Shown: piece after piece, positions 58,395-64,000 of the stretch
Position numbering within the stretch: the stretch's first letter is position 1
Layout of the letters: the number at the start of each line of letters is the position of its first letter
Assembly: GCA_021513715.1 (NCBI GenBank)
Contig: CP084167.1
Span: 386,124 to 450,123 of the forward strand
From: Candidatus Heimdallarchaeum endolithica
Lineage (GTDB): Archaea; Asgardarchaeota; Heimdallarchaeia; Heimdallarchaeales; Heimdallarchaeaceae
Direction: 5' to 3'
Length of the DNA stretch: 64,000 nt
Made by a program: the position numbers and the translations under genes
Notes under the pieces: model-generated
What the model saw: the letters and a program-made list of their open reading frames with translations, nothing else
Database searches by the model: none
Told to the model about the DNA's origin: nothing

Positions 58395-60569
58395 TTAATT
58401 TTTTCTTTTTCTGAATAAGAAAGTTGTCATAAATACAGTACTTATAACAATAAAAGCTCCAAATCCTGGAGTATTAGTAGGTTGGGTGTCTGTTGGTACT
58501 GTTGTCTCTGTTGGCTCTGTCTGCTCTGTAGGTTGAGGATTAGGTTCAAAGTAGGTTTTGAATTCAGGATCGTGTGTAATTTCTTTTCCATCCCAAACAG
58601 GATAATTAATTATAATCAAATCTTTCCTATATAACCAGTTTAAAGTTGTTTCTTGTTTTTCTGAATCTGTCATTACTTGTCCTATATCATCACTTTCACT
58701 TTCAAATTCTCCTATTTCTGTTGAATTAGAAAATGTTTTCTGCCCTGTTAAATAAACCAAGTTTAACACTGTAGTATTTGTATTATATGTTGAACCATCT
58801 ATCGAATATTCTAATTTCGAACCACCTAAACTAATGTCAATTAACGCTGTGTCATCACTGTATTCAATTGATACCTCTGTTGTGGTTGCTGGAACTGAAG
58901 AACCTATTCCTTCTTCATCAGTTTTAGCCGTCACATCTTCTACTGTAAGCATTTCACTTACTTGATAAGTCGCTAGTGAAAGATCATTCATGCTATTTTT
59001 TAATGTTGTATCTGTTATTCCTCCAAAGATACTCGTAGTAGCTAAACTTGCTTCTCCAGTATCTAAATTAACTGTATAAGTATAATCATAACTTATATCC
59101 ATTGGATCTGTTGTTACTGTAGTATCTGAAGTGTTATACCATAAAACTGGATAATCATTGTAATCAATTCCCCAACTAAAAGTAACACTACCATCATCAT
59201 TTTCTACAGGATCAGTCCATCTGGGTGTATAGTTTATTTCAGCATCTACATCGCCTATTTCTTCCACAACATACTTTTCTCCAACTTCGGTGTTGTTAAT
59301 GTTGATATTGTTGTATATTCCTGCTCCAGGAGCATAAACAATACTGGTATAATTGTTGGTTATATTGTATGTTACAAAATATTCATTCTTGTGAGCTTCA
59401 GGAAAACCAATATATTTAACCCAATCAATAGGATCATGTTTTACATCTCCACTATCGTCTAAATATACATCAAGTTGATTATTGTAGTTTCCATCATAGT
59501 AAGCTATCATTCTAGAAGGATTGAGTGTTCCCCATACAGCAAAATGATCTATAGTTGCATTAGTTGATCTGCTAACAAAAGCTTGTACAACTGCTTGAGC
59601 TGTAGATCTACTTTGTATTCGACCATAAGCTGTAAATTCAAAGCTTTGGTGTCCTTGATCTGCTATCAGTTTAGGCAACATATTTCTTGGATAGTAGTTA
59701 TAGGGAACATTCCCGCCATAGTCGCTGAATTCAGGGTCATCTGATGTAATAGTAACATTATTTAGATAAAATCTAAAGAATCCTACTTCCATTTTCAATA
59801 CTTCAGCATATTCAATGTTAGATTTTATACATCCAAAGTAATTTAATCCAATATTAGTTCCATCAGTAATAATTACATTATAACCAGTCATTGTTGCATT
59901 ATACTCAAATCCATAAGCTACATACCCACCTATTAAGTTTCTAGCATAAAAAGTGGAGTTTACTGTAACTTGAAAAGTCTCTGTGGTAATTTGAATAAAC
60001 ATCGCTACAGGTATAATTGCTATTAAGTGGTAAAACTTGAATAATCCATATTCATCTACACTGTCAATAAACTCTATAAGTGTGCTGTTCATAAATGATT
60101 GACCGAGATATTCTTTTTCAGTTGATAAGAAAAGTACTTCATTAGGTAGATCTGAAGTTACGTTTAAGCTGACATTATAGTTTGCACTTCTAGCCCAAAT
60201 TCGTGGCATAAGTTTGTTGTTGACATAATCTACCATTGTTTCATTATTCACTAAAATCTTAAATTCTGATTCACTTCCATTTCCCCAACTATAGTAGCGA
60301 TAGTCAACTATTAAGTAAATAGCATTCACTAATTCATAGCCAGTTACTAAATCTAAAGGGCCAGTATACATAGTGGTTTCTTTATATTCTTCATCTACTA
60401 TCATATAGTCAAAGTAACTATAAGAACCTGATTCACTAAAAGTTTTAACTTCGTGAGAATAATAAATACCATTTATTTCATTAGTTTCTCCTACTGAAGG
60501 GGGAGTGAGCGAAACAACAGAGAAAATAACCAAAGATAGAATTAAAAAAGTTAATTTCTGTTTGTTCAT
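58395..60569 (-). CDS. Cell-surface protein with canonical PGF-CTERM archaeosortase sorting signal
   Basis: Signal peptide. 700-aa extracellular region. Thr/Pro/Gln-rich linker (EPNPQPTEQTEPTETTVPTDTQPTNT). Then PGFGAFIVISTVFMTTFLF plus RKRKN, the PGF-CTERM tripartite signal. Confidence 0.65.
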   Translation of the reverse strand: MNKQKLTFLILSLVIFSVVSLTPPSVGETNEINGIYYSHEVKTFSESGSYSYFDYMIVDEEYKETTMYTGPLDLVTGYELVNAIYLIVDYRYYSWGNGSESEFKILVNNETMVDYVNNKLMPRIWARSANYNVSLNVTSDLPNEVLFLSTEKEYLGQSFMNSTLIEFIDSVDEYGLFKFYHLIAIIPVAMFIQITTETFQVTVNSTFYARNLIGGYVAYGFEYNATMTGYNVIITDGTNIGLNYFGCIKSNIEYAEVLKMEVGFFRFYLNNVTITSDDPEFSDYGGNVPYNYYPRNMLPKLIADQGHQSFEFTAYGRIQSRSTAQAVVQAFVSRSTNATIDHFAVWGTLNPSRMIAYYDGNYNNQLDVYLDDSGDVKHDPIDWVKYIGFPEAHKNEYFVTYNITNNYTSIVYAPGAGIYNNININNTEVGEKYVVEEIGDVDAEINYTPRWTDPVENDDGSVTFSWGIDYNDYPVLWYNTSDTTVTTDPMDISYDYTYTVNLDTGEASLATTSIFGGITDTTLKNSMNDLSLATYQVSEMLTVEDVTAKTDEEGIGSSVPATTTEVSIEYSDDTALIDISLGGSKLEYSIDGSTYNTNTTVLNLVYLTGQKTFSNSTEIGEFESESDDIGQVMTDSEKQETTLNWLYRKDLIIINYPVWDGKEITHDPEFKTYFEPNPQPTEQTEPTETTVPTDTQPTNTPGFGAFIVISTVFMTTFLFRKRKN

Positions 60570-60769
60570 ATTTATATTTATGTGTTACAAAATATATAAA
60601 TCTATTTTTCGAATTTTCTCGAATGATATAAATACAAGGCTTTTATTAAATGATTTTAAAAAATGATTTTCATTATTTCATAATTGGTATATTAATTAAA
60701 TAGAAAATTGAAATACTGTTCTCATTTATATTTCTTAAAATTTATATAACATAACGTTTGTTCTTTCCC

Positions 60770-62353
60770 ATGAGTAATGAAAAAGGCAGTAAGATAAATC
60801 ATTTTGTAGGAATGCTGCTATACCTAGGTATATTAGTTTATTTTATAACTTCCTTAGTTTCTCTATTTATTCACTTATCAGATTTAAAAGCTCATGGTTT
60901 TATACTAAATCTGCTTGCCTTACTTTTTGAAACACTTGGTCCTTTATATGCTGTTTATTTTATGATTCAATTAATTGATGGTATTTTAAACGTTGGAGAA
61001 ATAAATTATAGCATTGATAAGTTATCTGAATTTCCAAAAGTTACAGTTATTGTACCTATTCATAATGTTAATCCAGTTGTTTTGAAGGATACATTACTAG
61101 GCTTCAAAAACCAAAATTACCCAAATTTTGAACTATGGGTTGGTGATGACAGTACAGATGCTAAATTACGTGAAGAATGTAAAAAAATTACAGAAGAGAG
61201 TGGTTTTATTTATTTTTATAGAGAAAATGATCGATTCAAAGCACATATGGTCAACATGATATTAGAACAACCACAAGTTAAAGAATCAAAATATGTTGCT
61301 TTCTTTGACGTGGATCATATCCCCGAACCAAATATTTTGAAAAAATTTGTAGCAATATTAGAGCAACATCCTGAATTTGTATTTGTTCAAGGAAAATTTG
61401 GGTTTAGAAATGCAAAGAACTATCTTCATGTTTGGGAAGCTATGTCTCTAACACAGATGTTTGCAAGTCAAAATGCTAGACGAAAAACAGGTAATGTTCT
61501 TTTCTGTGGAAGTACTGCTTGTTTTAGAAGAGACATTCTAAAAGGCCTTCCAGAAGGAACTTTAACAGAAGATTATGATCTAACAATCAGACTTGCTTCT
61601 GAAGGTTACAGAGGATATTGGCTAGACGAGATTAGCTCAATGAGTTTAGTTCCTGAAAATATTGGTCATCAAATGTCTCAACTTGATAGATGGATGACAG
61701 GTCAAGCTGGAGCATTATCAGATCATATAGGTAAATTGTTTAGAAGTAAAATGACTTTCAAACAAGCAATAGATTTTGTAGTTTCTTCTACTGTTGTACT
61801 AGTAGCTACTTCATTCTACTTTTTAGGAATCTTTTATGCTTTGATTTATGGCTTTAAACTACCAATTTATCGTGCTTTGGGACTAGATGCCTTTTCTCTA
61901 ATTATTATGCCAATTTTGACTTTTGTAATCTATATATGTACTCTGACAGCAACTACTATTTATACTGCTAAATCTGGAACTTATCCTTTAAAATGGTGGC
62001 ATATTCCATTCTTTTTAGCTTTTGGTGGAATGACTGCACCTTTTTTAGTTTTTCCAGTTATCAAAGGACTATTTAGAAAAAATAAAATTATTCCAGGGAA
62101 AACTAAATGGAATAAACAAATTCCCTTAATTCCACTTTCAATCTTCTTCTCACTAATTGGAGTTGCTTTTGTAGGCTTAACAGTTTCCTCTGTCCTTGAT
62201 TTCTTGGCAATTACAAATTGGTACGGGTATAACTATTTCTTCATCCTTTTTGGAATTATAGGAATTACACTCATCTTTGCTTTTCCATTTATAGTAGTTT
62301 CTAAAATAATGTTTAAAGCTCAAAATTATGAGGAAGTAATGATCTATCATTAA
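60770..62353 (+). CDS. Processive family-2 glycosyltransferase (cellulose/chitin/hyaluronan-synthase-like) with integral membrane domain
   Basis: GT2 motifs: D in VIVPIHN...D, DDSTD, DVDH, and QxxRW-like QLDRWMTGQ. Multiple TM helices at both termini. Track start 60758 is TTG. Confidence 0.65.
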   Translation: MSNEKGSKINHFVGMLLYLGILVYFITSLVSLFIHLSDLKAHGFILNLLALLFETLGPLYAVYFMIQLIDGILNVGEINYSIDKLSEFPKVTVIVPIHNVNPVVLKDTLLGFKNQNYPNFELWVGDDSTDAKLREECKKITEESGFIYFYRENDRFKAHMVNMILEQPQVKESKYVAFFDVDHIPEPNILKKFVAILEQHPEFVFVQGKFGFRNAKNYLHVWEAMSLTQMFASQNARRKTGNVLFCGSTACFRRDILKGLPEGTLTEDYDLTIRLASEGYRGYWLDEISSMSLVPENIGHQMSQLDRWMTGQAGALSDHIGKLFRSKMTFKQAIDFVVSSTVVLVATSFYFLGIFYALIYGFKLPIYRALGLDAFSLIIMPILTFVIYICTLTATTIYTAKSGTYPLKWWHIPFFLAFGGMTAPFLVFPVIKGLFRKNKIIPGKTKWNKQIPLIPLSIFFSLIGVAFVGLTVSSVLDFLAITNWYGYNYFFILFGIIGITLIFAFPFIVVSKIMFKAQNYEEVMIYH

Positions 62354-62368
62354 AAAAAAAAGAAAAAA

Positions 62369-62938
62369 TTACCTTCTTCTCTTTCTCTTTCTCTTTTTAT
62401 TTTGTTTTATAGTTCTAAAAGCAATTATTAATGATAGAATAGTAAAGATCAAACCTACAATAGCATAAATAGGAAAATTAGTATCATAATTACTCCCGTA
62501 TCTATCTATAAAAGTTAAATAAGAAACAAAACCCATGATTGTCGTACCTAAAATCAATATATCAGCAATAAATGCACCTATGGCTCCAGGAATAAATAAT
62601 AAAAGTAAAGCAGCAATTAGTAAATAAGGAATAATTAATGTAAGTAATCCTTCAGTGGATAAATTATTATCAATATCTAAGAAACTTATTTCTATATCAC
62701 TTACATAAAGGATAGCAAACAACTTTGTTCTATCAGATAAAGCGTCACTTGCATAATCCCATCTTCCGTCTTCACTAAACCAGTTGAAGTTGTAAAAAGC
62801 TACTTCAAATTCATTATCACGAACAGATACAGCTCCTAAGGGAGTCATCATATATGAAGTATTAGAACTATCAACTTGATGAATACCAATAGGGATGATA
62901 AAGAGTATTAAAATAAAAACTACATTAAGAGCTTTCAT
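62369..62938 (-). CDS. Small secreted/membrane protein with C-terminal TM helices and poly-basic tail (KKRKRKRRR)
   Basis: Signal peptide. 100-aa ectodomain. Hydrophobic helices. Highly basic C-terminus. Confidence 0.35.
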   Translation of the reverse strand: MKALNVVFILILFIIPIGIHQVDSSNTSYMMTPLGAVSVRDNEFEVAFYNFNWFSEDGRWDYASDALSDRTKLFAILYVSDIEISFLDIDNNLSTEGLLTLIIPYLLIAALLLLFIPGAIGAFIADILILGTTIMGFVSYLTFIDRYGSNYDTNFPIYAIVGLIFTILSLIIAFRTIKQNKKRKRKRRR

Positions 62939-62989
62939 AGGGTTAGGAAAGTGACATCTTTTTTATCTTTTTTCTAGAACCATAGTAGA

Positions 62990-64000
62990 TTTTCTTTGGA
63001 TATATAGTTTCTTATAAAATGTGGACATTGTATATACGCTTGATAGCCTGTTCACTCAATAGACCTGGGTTACACTTTTGGGCACTAGAGAAACGTAAGG
63101 GTGATTCATAAATCTTTCTCCAGGAGTAAGGAGGTTAAGAGACTGGTGAGGACGACTAAAATTGTAGTACGAGCGATAGTAAGAGAGGTCGGAGTTGCAG
63201 TATTTTAGTCCTAATCTTTCCATCTCACGGATGATGGTTGGGTTCCATGTAGTCTTTCTACTTTTCCGCATGTTTCGGGGTGAAAAACTCTAGCTCTGAT
63301 GTGTTTTATTCCTTCTGTTTGACACCAACGGGAGAAGGTACTTGTTCCTCCTCTAACGGAAGAGAAGAGTGCTCCATTGTCTGTGAGGATAGACTCGGGG
63401 TGACCATATTTTTCTATTGCTTCTTCTAGCAAGCTTATTATTTGCTCTTTTTTTGGCGCAAAAGGGTGAAGTTTAGCTCCTAGACAGAATCGTGAGTGAT
63501 CATCTATTAGAGTTATGAGGTGGAGATGTTGTCCTTGTTCTTCTACCCAGAATGGTCCTTTCACATCTATCTGCCAGAGTTCGTTAGGTTTTTCTCGCTC
63601 AAATCTCTTGTATCGAGGTCTCTTCCTCTTTTTCCTATTACTCCACAGAGGAAGACCAAGCTCTCCTATTACTTTAATTACTGTATTTCGCGATAATCCT
63701 CTTCCTTCTTTCTTCAACAGATAAGCTATCTTCTCCACATTCATTCCTTGTTTTATTCTTAACTCCCTTATCCTCTCTCTTAACTCCTCATCTACTTTCC
63801 TGTGTATAGTTTTTGGTCTGGAAGATCTATCCTTCCACCATTCTCCTTCAGGGTTCTTTCTGAACCTCTTTAACCACTTATACACAAACTTCCTACTCAC
63901 CATATAGTCGTGAGCTACCTTTTTTATCTTCTCTTTTCTCCTTCCAAAGCTTTTTTAACCACAATCTTTCTTAGTCTCTCTAGGTTACGTTCGGGTTTGT
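62990..64000. mobile_element. Degraded IS481-family insertion sequence (rve/DDE integrase with two or more frameshifts), truncated by the window end; higher GC than host
   Basis: Minus-strand ORFs 63211..63903 and 63056..63271 carry WQIDVKGPF (D), LIDDHSRF (D), HPETCGKVERLH (E) and YNFSRPHQSLNLLTP. The N-terminal HTH (NLERLRKIVVKKALEGEK / KIKKVAHDY-MVSRKFVYKWLKRF) is split by a further frameshift and runs past 64000. Element boundaries are not determinable. Confidence 0.55.

Overview
This is a very AT-rich (about 30% GC) window from an archaeal chromosome with dense coding on both strands. The archaeal call rests on several features read directly from the sequence: a canonical PGF-CTERM sorting signal, the H4MPT and methanofuran genes mtd and mfnA, archaeal-type CoA synthesis genes (panB plus a phosphopantothenate synthetase-like gene) and a fused ECF transporter. 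An AT-rich Asgard- or Loki-like heterotroph is possible but unproven.

Core metabolism genes include L-serine dehydratase alpha and beta, a SufCB module, the nickel-pincer cofactor genes larE-larC-larB, an MtnA/eIF2B-like isomerase, PanB, and an ECF transporter. Two glycoside-utilisation modules are present, GH2 and GH127, each paired with an MFS permease. An unusually large set of secreted or cell-surface proteins carry C-terminal transmembrane anchors with Lys/Arg-rich tails.

The most striking feature is a 1672-residue single-pass transmembrane protein at 32626..37644. It has an extracellular eight-blade FG-GAP/PQQ-like calcium-binding beta-propeller and a long run of thrombospondin-type-3-like calcium-binding repeats. 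Its intracellular tail carries 26 perfect tandem copies of a 14-residue repeat that I could not match to any named family, followed by a coiled coil.

The window is also scarred by mobile DNA and gene decay:
- A roughly 350-bp MITE-like element with imperfect terminal inverted repeats and a higher-GC core splits one large surface-protein gene into two ORFs.
- A roughly 1-kb IS with perfect 16-bp inverted repeats carries a frameshifted DDE transposase.
- A degraded IS481-like element lies at the window end.
- An ars locus (ArsR, ACR3, methyltransferase) has its ACR3 gene interrupted by a single in-frame TAG. It sits next to a small serine recombinase.
- An orphan beta-class DNA methyltransferase lies beside a decayed neighbour gene and a 37-bp direct repeat.
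- A relic of a paralogous TSP3-repeat protein carries a Trp-to-TGA stop.
- A decayed MFS transporter pseudogene lies downstream of GH2.

The six-frame track accepts GTG and TTG as starts. Several annotated starts were moved to the first in-frame ATG where that was evident.
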